Source of the DNA: Eledone cirrhosa
Lineage: Eukaryota
Assembly (NCBI GenBank): GCA_964016885.1
Contig: OZ024741.1
Coordinates: 240,250,001-240,314,000 of the forward strand
Length of the DNA: 64,000 bases
Reading direction: 5' to 3'
A program made the position numbers and the translations under genes. This document shows positions 25,443 to 37,427 of this stretch, piece by piece (position 1 is the stretch's first letter; the number at the start of each line of letters is the position of its first letter). The notes beneath the pieces are model-generated. The model saw nothing but the letters and a program-made list of their open reading frames with translations. It was not told where the DNA came from and did not search any database.

Positions 25443-26402
25443 TTTACATATATATGTACATACACATACATATACGTGTTTTGCAACTGGTCACTTTGTG
25501 TCTCAATGAAAAATTAATAAATTAAATAATCAGAGCTATATATCATAAAACATGTCTATAGAATCACAAGATAAAAGATACTATTTCCTCTCCCAATTAG
25601 CATAATTAACTATATAAAATATCGAACAGACCAGGCTATACGAATGAGGCCTCTATGAAGGAATCTCCGACAAATAACCAAAACTAGCGCTTCGCGTCGG
25701 CCGTAGTGGAATATTTATGGAATATTTCGACAGCGTAATCGCCTAGATATAGTCAACTAAACAGAATTAGGTTTAAAATAAACTAGGAGAAAATAGAATA
25801 CATTTAAATACCTCTACCATGGTGTCGTCCGTGTTTTGAGTTTTCCAATAATTATGTAATAATTATATAAACTCGAGCGCTGGATTCTTCAGGAAGCTCG
25901 CTCATATCTAGACATTAAATTTTCCAAAGCGATCGCGCCAAGAATTCATTTCAAAATGGCTAAAAATCGTGACGTAGTCGCGGTCAAGCTGGAAGGGGTG
26001 TGGTAGTTGCTTACGACTGGTGGCATTTTTGCTAGAAAGCACAGCACAATACAGCCAAATTTGTATCTCAACCTAGTGGGAGATTATTACATATAAAAGT
26101 TTACATATATATGTACATACACATACATATACGTGTTTTGCAACTGGTCACTTTGTGGCTCAATGAAAAATTAATAAATTAAATAATCAGAGCTATATAT
26201 CATAAAACATGTCTATAGAATCACAAGACAAAACATACTATTTCCTCTCCCAATTAGCATAATTAACTATATAAAAAATCGAACAGACCAGGCTATACGA
26301 ATGAGGCCTCTATGAAGGAATATCCGACAAATAACCAAAACTAGCGCTTCGCGTCGGCCCTAGCGGAATATTTATTGAATATGTCGACAGCGTAATCGCC
26401 TA
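25434..26402 (-). mobile_element. 657-bp-period tandem (about 1.5 units) with Helitron-like 3' motif
   Basis: 25434-25745 recurs at 26091-26402; minus strand reads GGCCGACGCGAAGCGCTAG|T ending at 25684 and 26341. Confidence 0.6.
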
Positions 26403-27433
26403 AGTCATACAGGATGAGATATGTAACTCTGTTTGGTATGAGTGCTATGAAATTAAAATCCTCAAAGTCGCTACAGACGCAAAGGGTTACAATTTCTGAT
26501 GGTTTTTACTTAATATATCAAAGACTGTACCCTAAAGTGTAGCCTTCTTCAGGATCAGAAAATACTTCAGGTCTGATCAACTGTTAATTCTCTGTATAAT
26601 ACTATTACCCCTGTCATTAACATATTTCTAATGAAAGACACTGCCTATATTTCTCAAATAATTTTGAAAATAATAACTAATTTTCTCATTATTTAGTTGA
26701 TACTTGGAACATGACATAACAAAGATTCTTACATAAAAGTATAATGGAATGTATTTAAATAAATATAAACACTTTAAAGCAAAGTTTGTATTGACGTTGT
26801 TTGGTGTTATATCAGATGAAAGAATGGTATTTGTAGAACCATGGTTGGTTTCAGGTGGTTTGGTATCAAAAGGGTTAAGATCTTTAATGGAATAGTACTC
26901 ACTCATCTGAGATAGTGCTACTATTACATTCTAGACCATATAAGAAAAGGCAATCAGTCTAACTGAGGGGGAAACATTATTCATTATCTCACTACTATCT
27001 TTAGGTGACAGATACACTGTCTCTTCATTCTACACATTCTGCTGCTATTGCAATAGCATCCGTCTTTAACTAATTTGATGAAAACTAAATTCATCCAAGC
27101 TCCCCTCTTACATACATCTGTCCTCCTCTCACCACACATATTATGATGTGTGCCTTATGCCCCTCCTCATAAAAAATGTGAACCCTGTGAAATGCCCTTG
27201 TTGCTCATGTGTTCCCTTCTGATGTTGACTTAGAAGTGTTCAAACTGTATTTAAACCATATCAATCTTACAAATCTCAAAGAGCCTATGCAGGTCATGCT
27301 TCTACCCCATCATCTTGCCTAAAAATACAAATTGTCTTGACAAATAGTTTCTTATAATAATTCACTGAGTTAGTAGGAAAGGTTTTTACTGCAACATGAA
27401 TATGGAAAATTGAATTTGAAAAACAGTCAAATT

Positions 27434-27541
<108 letters not shown>

Positions 27542-28479
27542 AATGATAATCTCTCTCACTCTCTCTTATCATTTAATGTCCACTTTCTATGCTAGCAAGG
27601 GTTTTATGAGTCTGTACTGAAGCAGGGCCACTGACCTCCAAGACAGGCTGCAGGTTCGCAACTACTTGCTTACATATGGTTACGAGTTCTACCTAGTGCA
27701 TTTTAGTGTTTTATCAGCACCAGAGAAGCTGTCATGTCTCCAACAACTGGAGGGTTCACCCAACCCTTTATTTGGCAAGCTTTCTATGGCTGGATACCCC
27801 TCCTATCACTAACCATTTTAGTGTGTACTGGGTTCTTTAATCATTTAGATCATCAACACGAAGGAGATTGTCATGTCCTTGACATAACTGGAGAGTCCTT
27901 CTAGCCCTTTGTTTAGAAAGTTTTCTATTGCTGGATACCCTTCTAGCACCAACTACTTCACAGCATGTACTGGGTGTGTATATTGTGTAGATGACCAACA
28001 CTAAAGAGGTTCTTGTCATTGACACAACTGAAGGGCTCTCTCAACCCTTGTAGGCATAGTTTCTATAATGGGGTGCCCTTCCTGTTGCCAACCACCCTTA
28101 CAGAGTATACTGGGTGCATTTTTGTGGCACCATCACTAGAAAGGTTGTTGGTCATAGTCCCAACTGAAGAGCTTTCTCTGCTCTGGAGAGGGGCAATAGG
28201 GAAGGGAGATACCTATAAAGCTATAGGTGTATGTGGTGATCAGTAAGAGGAAGGGGTGGGGGAGCGTGTGTGCCGTGGTGTGGGCAGTGATGGAGAGATA
28301 GGTAAGGGGTGGTAGTTTGAGAGGATGCATGTGTGATGGGTGCGGTAGTGGTGAGGACAGCTTCTGAGGAGTGCTAATAGAAGGGAGGGGTAAGACATGG
28401 ATGGGTCAGATCATATTGTATGCTTATATACATATATGTATATATATAATGCCTTTTTAAATCAACACTCTGAGATCAG

Positions 28480-28790
28480 AGAGTCTATCCAGGTAGTGCT
28501 GGTACTTCTTTAAAGTGAGAGATCACGTCTCTGATTCTATGGACATGTGGTCAGAATGTCTAAGGAAAGAATCACTGGACAGATTTTATGGATATAACCA
28601 ACTGGCAGGAGACCTAGGGGTAGACTCCATGCAAGATGACTGGATAACATCCATGAGCTCGGTTAGCCTTGCTTGGGGATCCAGCTAGATCAATTTGAGA
28701 TGGCTACATCTGACAAGACCCACTGGAAAGCATGCTTGAGGATTTTACCTCCATGTCTCTCCTAGGAATAAGTGGGTGAAAAAGATGGTT
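28480..28790 (+). mobile_element. Degenerate LINE 3' fragment (RTE-like)
   Basis: RL.FYGHVVRM...RRPRGR..RW-like translation. Confidence 0.55.
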
Positions 28791-28963
28791 AACATTCTAA
28801 AGTAGGGGTCAATAATGTTTGTTTTCATCATGACCCACTTTTTTGTTTAGCTTTTCCCATTGTCCACACATATAAAAAATTGAAACATCACACTGGTTTA
28901 CGTATTGCTAATCCCTGCTTTGGAATATTGTTAAAAAAATAAGTTACTGTTATCTACAACAAA

Positions 28964-31381
28964 TTAGTCATAGGACTTGTGGTTTGTTTGACAACTTACC
29001 CTTTTATCTTTAGGTAGATATTTTACTGTGGTTGATGCCAACCATTTATCTTGAGGTTCACTTTCAGAAAAATATTCACTCATTGATCTAACTGATTGAG
29101 TGTTTCTGTTGATTATTTCATCTGGATTTCTTGATATAACAACAGGACTTTTACCTTGATAGATCAACTGTCTCATCTCATTGCGACATTGGTATGCCTG
29201 TTTCTCTTCTGTTGTTCTAGCTGAGTTATTTCTCACATTGTTACATCTCACAATACACAGTGTTATAGAAACCACAATAACTATAGATACTATCACAGCT
29301 GACGCTACAATGATAATTAACGATGTGACATTAATTGTATCATTTGATTCTATTTGCTTGGTTGTTAATTTTGAAGATGTCTTGTTACTAACAGTCAGTG
29401 TTAAAGAGACACTAGTTGTTGCTGACAGAACTGGAGTACCACTGTCTTTCACAACAAACTCCAGTTGATATGATCCGGCATCATTTTGGTAAGCTGTACG
29501 AGAGAAAGAAAATGTTCCTGTGTAAATGTTAACTGTAAATAATTGTTTATCATTTCCTTTTAATATTGAATACTTTAAGAAAGCATTGTTTCCACTGTCA
29601 CCATCAGATGCTCTCAAAACTGTGATGTCACTCTTACTCTGCTGATGGTAGTGGACATTTAGGGTGTAGGGGTCAACACTAGGAAAGGTGAAATATGGAG
29701 CATTGTCATTTTGATCTAAAATCTCAACAACAACTTTTGCAGAATTGTTCAATGATGGGGTCCCATTGTCTTTGACAAAAACACTGAATTGATACGACTT
29801 TTGTTGCTCCCGATCCAATGTGTTGCAAGTTAAAATAAACCCATAATTTAAGATTCTAAATGGAAGAGGGTCTTCATTCCTGGGATTGATTATAGAATAA
29901 CTCAGTTGACCTCCATCACCTTCATCAGGGTCAGTAGCACTAATAAAACCAACTGGGAAGTTTTGCTCTTCATTTTCATATGTGAGAAACTGGAACATTG
30001 ATTTGGTAAAGTGTGGTTGTACATCATTTACATCTAACACTTGTATTGAGAGATCTTGATCAATTTTGAGAGGAGGTAATCCTTTATCTTTACAGGAGAC
30101 AGTAAAGTGATAATGTTCCTGTGTCTCTCTGTCTACTGCTTTCTTTAGAACTATTTTATATTCTTTAGATCCCATTGACTGTAGTTTGAATGTATCATGT
30201 TTGATATTACAGCTGACCTCACCATTGTGTCCAACATCATTGTCAGTGACCATCACATAAGCAATGAAACTACCAACTTTGATGTCTTCCAGAATGGTAG
30301 CTGTGTTGTGATTGAGAGGTGAGACAAAATCTATATCAATATTTGGAGGATTGTTGTGTTGGTTGATAACATTTACCAGCACTGTTGCTACTGAAATCTT
30401 GGGAGGATTTCCATTATCTCTGGCTTCTATATATAACTTATATTTTAGGTTATCATTGAAATGAGAACTGTTTGAAAGAAAAATCTGGCCAGTTGCTTCT
30501 CTAATAGTAAATTTGTCCTTGACAGATGACGATGTCATTGGGCTAAAATAGTATGAAACATGACCATTTTCATCTGCATCTATATCCTTAGCAGATAAAT
30601 GAATAACAGGCTTGCCTTTGTCATGTGTCTTTTCTATAGAAATATTGTAAATATTTTGAATGAAAACTGGCTGATTATCATTAACATCAGTGACACTTAC
30701 ATTGACATACAGACTAGATTCTTGTGCTAAGACAGCTTCATCTTTAGCAACAACTTTTAACAAGTAGTTTGCATGTTCTTCTCGATCTAGGGTTTCCTCA
30801 AGAACAATTTCAAGTGTAGATCTTCCATCAGCTCTTTTATAAACAGTTAAAGCAAATGGTACATTAGCTTTCTTGATTAATTGATATTTAATCTGAGAAT
30901 TGATAAAGCCAACATCTTTATCTATAGCATTTGGTATTGAAATCTTGGATCCTTTACTGTCTCTTTCTGAAAACTGAATGTGAACTTGTTTCACAGGGAA
31001 CTCAGGCTGGTGGTCATTGATATCTTCTATTATTATTTTGATTTTTAGGATTTTTATAAAGGTCTTTGCTTGGTGAATAGCAACTTTTATTATTTGAGAA
31101 CACACAGAATTTTGGACACACAATGACTCAGCATCCAATTTTTGTGTAGTGAAAATTTTCCCATTATTTGTCACATTAAACATCTTAGTCATTCTTCGTT
31201 GTAGCTGTATAAATTTGATTAACCTGGCATCTCCAGGGAGAATTCTATCTAGCATCTTTAAATCAAAAGCAATATCTCCTACAAAGGTTCTGGGATTGCT
31301 TTCTTCTTCAGCATGGTAGACAAGATCTACACTAAGACAATATTGTAAGAAGGAAAGTAATATGCACATTTGTTCCCACAT
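28964..31381 (-). CDS. Protocadherin (6 cadherin repeats, TM, cytoplasmic start), large single exon; probable splice donor after 29000
   Basis: 805-aa ORF: signal peptide, EC1 with C-X5-C (CVQNSVC), DINDHQPEF/DVNDNQPVF/DVNDVQPHF/DQNDNAPYF, LDRE motifs, TM LIIIVASAVIVSIVIVVSITLCIV; AGG|GTAAGT donor, phase 0, at 29000/28999. Confidence 0.96.
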   Translation of the reverse strand: MWEQMCILLSFLQYCLSVDLVYHAEEESNPRTFVGDIAFDLKMLDRILPGDARLIKFIQLQRRMTKMFNVTNNGKIFTTQKLDAESLCVQNSVCSQIIKVAIHQAKTFIKILKIKIIIEDINDHQPEFPVKQVHIQFSERDSKGSKISIPNAIDKDVGFINSQIKYQLIKKANVPFALTVYKRADGRSTLEIVLEETLDREEHANYLLKVVAKDEAVLAQESSLYVNVSVTDVNDNQPVFIQNIYNISIEKTHDKGKPVIHLSAKDIDADENGHVSYYFSPMTSSSVKDKFTIREATGQIFLSNSSHFNDNLKYKLYIEARDNGNPPKISVATVLVNVINQHNNPPNIDIDFVSPLNHNTATILEDIKVGSFIAYVMVTDNDVGHNGEVSCNIKHDTFKLQSMGSKEYKIVLKKAVDRETQEHYHFTVSCKDKGLPPLKIDQDLSIQVLDVNDVQPHFTKSMFQFLTYENEEQNFPVGFISATDPDEGDGGQLSYSIINPRNEDPLPFRILNYGFILTCNTLDREQQKSYQFSVFVKDNGTPSLNNSAKVVVEILDQNDNAPYFTFPSVDPYTLNVHYHQQSKSDITVLRASDGDSGNNAFLKYSILKGNDKQLFTVNIYTGTFSFSRTAYQNDAGSYQLEFVVKDSGTPVLSATTSVSLTLTVSNKTSSKLTTKQIESNDTINVTSLIIIVASAVIVSIVIVVSITLCIVRCNNVRNNSARTTEEKQAYQCRNEMRQLIYQGKSPVVISRNPDEIINRNTQSVRSMSEYFSESEPQDKWLASTTVKYLPKDKRVSCQTNHKSYD

Positions 31382-31417
31382 GTCCTCTCTACAAAATTCT
31401 AGTCAACATTCTGATTC

Positions 31418-31440
31418 CTGTAATAAGAAAAAGAAAGCAA
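31418..31440 (-). promoter_or_regulatory. 3' splice acceptor upstream of protocadherin ATG (implies a 5' UTR intron)
   Basis: Minus strand TTGCTTTCTTTTTCTTATTACAG|GAATC, 36 nt before the ATG. Confidence 0.7.
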
Positions 31441-33614
31441 TAATTACTTGTGAAAGAGAATGAACTGAAGAAAGGAATATTTCATGTAATTAAAAACTGT
31501 TTCTTGAAGATTATTTAGATTTAGATCTCTGCAATCTATAGTTAGTGGCAGAATCTGTATAACCTATAGTTGGTGGCAGAATTTGGGCAGCCTGTTGTTA
31601 ATATTTAGATCTGTATAACAGTCATATACTAGAAATAATTATCAACATTCATACATACATGTACACATTTGTACATACACACACACATACATATATATAC
31701 ACACATGCATGTACACACATGAACACATACATGTACACACATAAACACAGATATACATTAAAAATTTGAGAATTTTCTAAAGGTCAGAGTGTTACTATAA
31801 CTAAATTCCAAAGCTGGAGCATTGTTTCTAAGAAACCAATTACTATTTTATTGAAGAAATAGTTTGAAAGAAGCAGCATTGCATGTAGCTGTTCACTTAT
31901 GATGCGTACCTGAAAAAAAAAATACTGTTAAAATAACATTGAGTGATAGTGAACAAACTAACTATATTGACTCAATAGAAAACTATTTTCTACATCCTGA
32001 ACATATGGAAAAGTACAGAGTTATCCAAATATATGTGGACACCAAAGGAGAAAGATAACAACACAAACATTTAATGGTCAGATGCAATATTTGCTGTCCT
32101 GTACCTCAGGTGTGGTTGAGTATGCAATCTAAACTAAAGGCACATAGCTAAATAATATTACCAAATATGACAGGAACTTGAAGAAGGCTCAAGAGTATAA
32201 TGGCTGAAATATTGTGATGATAACACTGAAGCTGGGGACACTAGCTTGAATAAATCTGCATAAATTAGCTAACTTTATACAGCGTAGTCAAATGAGGGAG
32301 GTAGTTTACTTTTCTTGAAGGATTGATGTTGCTCCTCTTTAAAGTTGTCCTCAGCTGGTCTATTAAAGCAGTCCATTGGTTCTCCAGTCAGGCAATGACC
32401 AGTGTGTAGCTGACTATCATATAAACCAGATATGAGTCAGAAATATATGCAACGTGTCTGAACCATCTTAGGCAGAGCTTGTATAGTGTGAATTTTCAGT
32501 CACTCATATAGATATGTATATATATTTCGTTTGGATCAGCAGTTGTGGCCAAATTACAGCCCGTTACCTCCTGGCTTCTAGTTTATCTCATCCCTGCTGC
32601 TCCAAAGCCAACAAGAGGTTCTTTCTGCTGCCTAACCTAACCTGCAAACTGCTGCCTCTCTTCCTCTCATCCCAATGGCAGTGAGCATTCTCCATACCAA
32701 GGAATTCCCTGCAGCCCACCTCAAGTGGAATAGCCATGCTTGCCAAACCTTCTCCTTGCACTCTTGATACTTGACACTCTTTTGCTCAAAGGCATTGTTG
32801 CACTCTTCTTCCCATGGGATTGTGAGTTTAATCAGGATTATCTTTTTTATCCTTTCAGACTAAAGTACTACAGCTGGCCTCCAGGATGTTTGAACAACTT
32901 CGGGGGACTTCAACCTACCTCGCAGGTCAACTCTCATATCTCATGATTGGGTCAAATGTAGTAGGCTACATGTTTTGTGGTAGATGGCTTCTCTCCCTCT
33001 TTCACACATCTGATTGATGGTGTTGGTTTCTTCTGTATTTGGTGTTCTCTGTGTTGTTGGTCTTGTGCCCCAGGACTGAGAAGAACATGATTTTCCACCT
33101 TGGGTCTAGTTTTCCAAATAGTCTCAATTCCTCTCCACATTTTCTATAATCTGTATTTACCCTTACGCACATGCGTTTGCATGTGTTTCTATACACCTAG
33201 CCACTGTCACCTCTACCTTGTCCACTGTAACATGTGTGCACATTCTTCCCTCGAGTTTTCTACAGCTTCATTACAGTTATAAACATGCATCCTTACAGCT
33301 TTGTACATATCAACAACAAACATGCACACACTGACACTCACAGCTTTGGACAGAGAAACAACACACACACACACACATACACTTACACAGAAAATATTTG
33401 CTCTAAATACAAAAGGATATTTTCCATTTCAACACTATATAGACACTTTTGATCAGTTTTCAAAAGATGACCAACTGAACTTCCTGCACCATAAACATTC
33501 CTATCAAAAGTTTTTCAAAAGATGGTGAAATTAATAGACCTGCTTTTTCTCAAATTTGTTTACGTTGCTGCCCCTTCCCACTTTCCTCTATCTTTCTATT
33601 TCTTCTTTAATTTC

Positions 33615-33655
33615 TATTTTCTGATGAAGGATTAGCATCTGAAACATTAAGACTT
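33615..33655 (+). ncRNA. Degenerate minimal hammerhead (PLE remnant)
   Basis: CTGATGA-AGGA ttagca TCT-GAAA-CATTA; stem I is poor. Confidence 0.4.
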
Positions 33656-33801
33656 TCTCTACTATATTAAGCGTGAAACTAATATATATCTTCATTGCCC
33701 TTCATCCGTTGTGGTTTTTCTGTTTACTTTTCACACACGTGCACAGGAAGGGCATCCAGTCAGAGAAACAGCCTAATATGGAATGTATGAGCATGAAGTC
33801 C

Positions 33802-33868
<67 letters not shown>

Positions 33869-34074
33869 AACATACATATATTCCATCCCTTTTACTAGTC
33901 AGTCAACCATAGCATCAATAATTATATTATTTTTTCAAGTCTCGTACTTATTTTATTAATTTCTTATATATATATATATATATCATCATCATCATCATCC
34001 TCGTTTAACGTCCACTTTCCACGCTAGCATGGGTTATGTATGTATATATATCATTACAATTATTATTATAAATT

Positions 34075-34410
34075 AAGCCGGTGGATTGGCAGTATCGGTG
34101 GAGAGTCGGACGCCATGCTTTCCAGAGCTGTATGGGAGCATCCCAAAAGTCAGCTCAAAAGTGACACAGAGGAGACTGAGGTTAGCTGGACATGCTCACC
34201 AACATCCAGAGTTGACACTGCACTCAGTGCTCCTGTTGGAGCCCCTACATGGACACACTGGAAGAGGAAGACCAAGGTTAACGTATGTTGATGCCCTACG
34301 GACAGACACTGGTCTGTTGGAGATGCAGGACATGGCAGCGATAATGAGGGACAGAGACCGCTGGAGAGAACTCATCCATGGATCTCGGGAATTTTACCCG
34401 CTTTAGAATA
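34075..34410 (+). mobile_element. SINE head fused to RTE-like LINE 3' end
   Basis: 34077-34120 matches the SINE head at 35043; then LYGSIPKVS..RRLRLAGH..GRGRPRLTYVD..RDRDRWR. Confidence 0.75.
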
Positions 34411-34560
34411 TACATATATATACACATACACACGCATATATATTACATATATACACACAAATACACACGCGCACACACACATACACAAATATATATACAC
34501 ATATACACACATACATACATATATACATATATACATTTATATATATACATATATATATAC

Positions 34561-34810
34561 AAGTGACACAGAGGAGACTGTGGTTAGCTGGACATGCTCA
34601 CCGACATCCAGAGTTGACACTGCACTCAGTGCTCCTGTTGGAGCCCCTACATGGACACACTGGAAGAGGAAGACCAAGGTTAACGTATGTTGATGCCCTA
34701 AGGACAGACACTGGTCTGTTGGAGACGCAGGACATGGCAGCGATAATGAGGGACAGAGACCGCTGGAGAGAACTCGTCCATGGATCTCGGGAATTTTACC
34801 CGCCTTAGAT
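34561..34810 (+). mobile_element. Second near-identical copy of the same LINE 3' end
   Basis: About 97% identical by eye to 34159-34406. Confidence 0.85.
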
Positions 34811-34864
34811 AGATAGATATCTATGTATATATTTATATATATATATTTATATATATATATACAG

Positions 34865-35020
34865 CAGGCTTGCACAGTTTCTATCTACCAAATTTCACGT
34901 ACAAGGCTTTAATTAATTCAAAACTAGATAAGAAGATACTTGCCCAAGGTGTCAGGCAGTGGGTATGAACCCAAACCACATGGTGGTAAATAGAATCTTA
35001 ACAATGAACCCATACCTGCA
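34865..35020 (-). mobile_element. tRNA/CORE-type octopus SINE
   Basis: TTTCTATCTACCAAATTTCAC..AAGGCTTT..TATAAGAAGATACTTGCCCAAGGTG..GAACCC; related copies at 37490-37642, 51605-51790, 61950-62045. Confidence 0.7.
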
Positions 35021-35041
35021 TCAATATCATTATTCTTTTTA

Positions 35042-35143
35042 TGGCAGTAGATTGGTAGTATCGGTAGAGTCAGACACCATGCTTTGCAGTATAGAGTTAC
35101 TGTCCTTTACAATCTGAGTTCAAATCCTGCCGAGGTTAACGAG

Positions 35144-35174
<31 letters not shown>

Positions 35175-35330
35175 TATTATTATTATTGTTCGAATCCCGC
35201 CGAGATTAACTTTGCCTTTCATCCTTTCGGGGTCGATAAAATAAAGTACCAGTCATGCACTGGGGTAGATTTAATCGACTTTCTCCACCCCCAAATTTGC
35301 TGGCCTTGTTGCCTATGTAAGAAACCATTG
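35042..35330 (+). mobile_element. Nin-domain SINE with internal duplication and (ATT)n
   Basis: GAGTTCAAATCCTGCCGAGGTTAAC, then CTTTGCCTTTCATCCTTTCGGGGTCGATAAAATAAAGTACCAG..AAATTTGCTGGCCTTG. Confidence 0.82.
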
Positions 35331-35368
35331 TTCTTTTTATGTCCATTTATCCCCTTCCCCTGTGTGTT

Positions 35369-35406
<38 letters not shown>

Positions 35407-35707
35407 AATATCATCTAACTCATGCTAGCGTGGAACAATGGATGTAAAACAGTGATGATGATGATGATATATATATGTGTGTGTATGTGTGTGTGTGTGT
35501 GTAATGTATATGTATATATTTTTTTATTCCCTTCTGTAGGGAATGTTGTGGCACTGCTTTGATTTTAGATGGTCATATAGACCCCCCCCCCACCATTTTT
35601 CCAAGTTTGGTACTTATTTTATTGATTTCATTTCAATAGTTGTTTATTTAAAGTAAATTTAAAGTAAATAAATATAGACACTGACCTCCTCCTCATATAT
35701 ATATATA

Positions 35708-35991
35708 GTAAGGAGTTAACAAAATAGGGATGTGCGGATCACACCATGGTCTGTTGGTTGTGAAGCAGATAAAAAGAAGCACTCAACGACCTGTATAAAT
35801 GGTACAAGAAAATCTTTTTTCGGGGAAATTATTAGATTTTTCCAAATTTAAAGGTTTCTTAGGAACTACCTACGTTTATTTTAGGTTTTGACATCTGAAG
35901 AGCTCAGGCTATCATAATTGATAGTCCTCAGTGAAATATGTACAACAGAGTTTTAAATAAACCTGAATCAACTGAATATGGCCTTCAATCT

Positions 35992-35997
<6 letters not shown>
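35708..35997 (+). mobile_element. PLE-like unit in (TA)n with degenerate hammerhead (35895-35945)
   Basis: CTGAAGA-GCTCAGGCTATC ataatt GATAGTCCTCAGT-GAAA. Confidence 0.5.
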
Positions 35998-36034
<37 letters not shown>

Positions 36035-36042
<8 letters not shown>

Positions 36043-36270
36043 TAAAATAACAGATTAAAGTTTAAGCAAAGAATCGCTGCTTTCACCCTTAACGGGATCT
36101 TCTAAAACTCGTTTCAGAAGATCCCGTTAAGGATGGAAGCAGCGATTCTTTGCTTAAACTTTAATCTGTTATTTTAATAAATATTTGCTCTAGGGTTCTT
36201 ATATATTTGATATATATTTATCCTTATCAAGCCCTCTTTGGATTTTAGACTCCACATTTATTATTATTAT
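36035..36270 (+). mobile_element. PLE-like unit with 5' fold-back palindrome (variant hammerhead family)
   Basis: Inverted repeat 36035-36184; tail repeated at 36681-36770. Confidence 0.7.
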
Positions 36271-36506
36271 TATATATATATACACAGATGCATAATTAGG
36301 GCATGGCTCATGCCATGGGCACCACATGAACAAGGGGCACTTTCTATTAAAGTCAGATAAGCTATCATCGGAGAGTGATATGTATGATCTGTCTTTGATT
36401 AGTGACTGGGTCACTAAACTATTTATATAAATTATTAGGTCCTTAGTTAAAAATAGTGCTGAGCAGGGGTGTGATTTCACTGCTTGTCATATGCGCTATT
36501 TTCCCT

Positions 36507-36544
<38 letters not shown>

Positions 36545-36552
<8 letters not shown>

Positions 36553-36767
36553 TAAAATAACAGATTAAAGTTTAAGCAAAGAATCTCTGCTTTCACCCTT
36601 AACGGGATCTTCTGAAGATCCCGTTAAGGGTGAAAGCAGCGATTCTTTGCTTAAACTTTAATCTGTTATTTTAGTAAATATTTGCTCTACGGTTCTTATA
36701 TATTTGATATATATTTATCCTTATCGAGCCCTCTTTGGATTTTAGTCTCCAAATTTATTATTATTAC

Positions 36768-36770
<3 letters not shown>
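36545..36770 (+). mobile_element. Second PLE-like palindromic unit of the same family
   Basis: Near-perfect palindrome 36545-36680 centred on TCTTC-T-GAAGA. Confidence 0.7.
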
Positions 36771-36810
<40 letters not shown>

Positions 36811-37081
36811 ATATATATTGTTTATATATATATTGTTATATATATTGTATACATATATACTGTATAATATATTGTTATATATATTGTATAATATATTGTT
36901 ATATATATTATATAATATATTGTATATATATATATTGTTATATATATTGTATATATATATATATATTGTTATATATATTGTATATATATATATATATTGT
37001 TATATATATTGTATATATATATTGAGTATATATTATTCAAAATATTAATAAATGGATACATTCACATAATCAAAATATATG

Positions 37082-37143
37082 TTTTATTATATAAATTTCG
37101 GAGGTACTGTGTTGTTTTTTCAGTACGTCCTCATCAGATAAAA
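37082..37143 (-). ncRNA. Minimal type-I hammerhead ribozyme
   Basis: Reverse complement: TTTTAT-CTGATGA-GGACGTACTG..CAGTACCTCC-GAAA-TTTATATA-ATAAAA. Confidence 0.8.
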
Positions 37144-37242
37144 TACATAAATTGATGTATGACATACCTCAACTGTGCTGATGGTTCAATTCCAGTCTTG
37201 GCAATCAGCACAGTTGAGGTATGTCATACATCAATTTATCTA

Positions 37243-37304
37243 TTTTATCTGATGAGGACCTACTGAAAAAACAACACAGTACCTCCGAAATATATATAAT
37301 AAAA
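37243..37304 (+). ncRNA. Minimal type-I hammerhead ribozyme
   Basis: TTTTAT-CTGATGA-GGACCTACTG aaaaaacaaca CAGTACCTCC-GAAA-TATATATA-ATAAAA. Confidence 0.82.
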
Positions 37305-37427
37305 CATATATTTTGAATAATATTAATAATTCCAGAAAACTTATTTGTTGAGTGCTTTTAATCTATTGTAAAACTATATTCATTGAATAATCAATGAACC
37401 TTGTTTAACATTTGGTTATATATTGAG

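Noticed and set aside
26510-26560. Minus-strand CTGAAGA followed by an imperfect hairpin
   Set aside because: GAAA is replaced by TGATA and there is no stem I; too degenerate to call
29181-29468. Plus-strand ORF overlapping the protocadherin
   Set aside because: Antisense shadow of the real CDS; the same applies to the many antisense ORFs within the LTR elements
32500-33200. Possible LINE RT and GIY-YIG remnants
   Set aside because: Only vague motif resemblance; cannot be supported without a profile search
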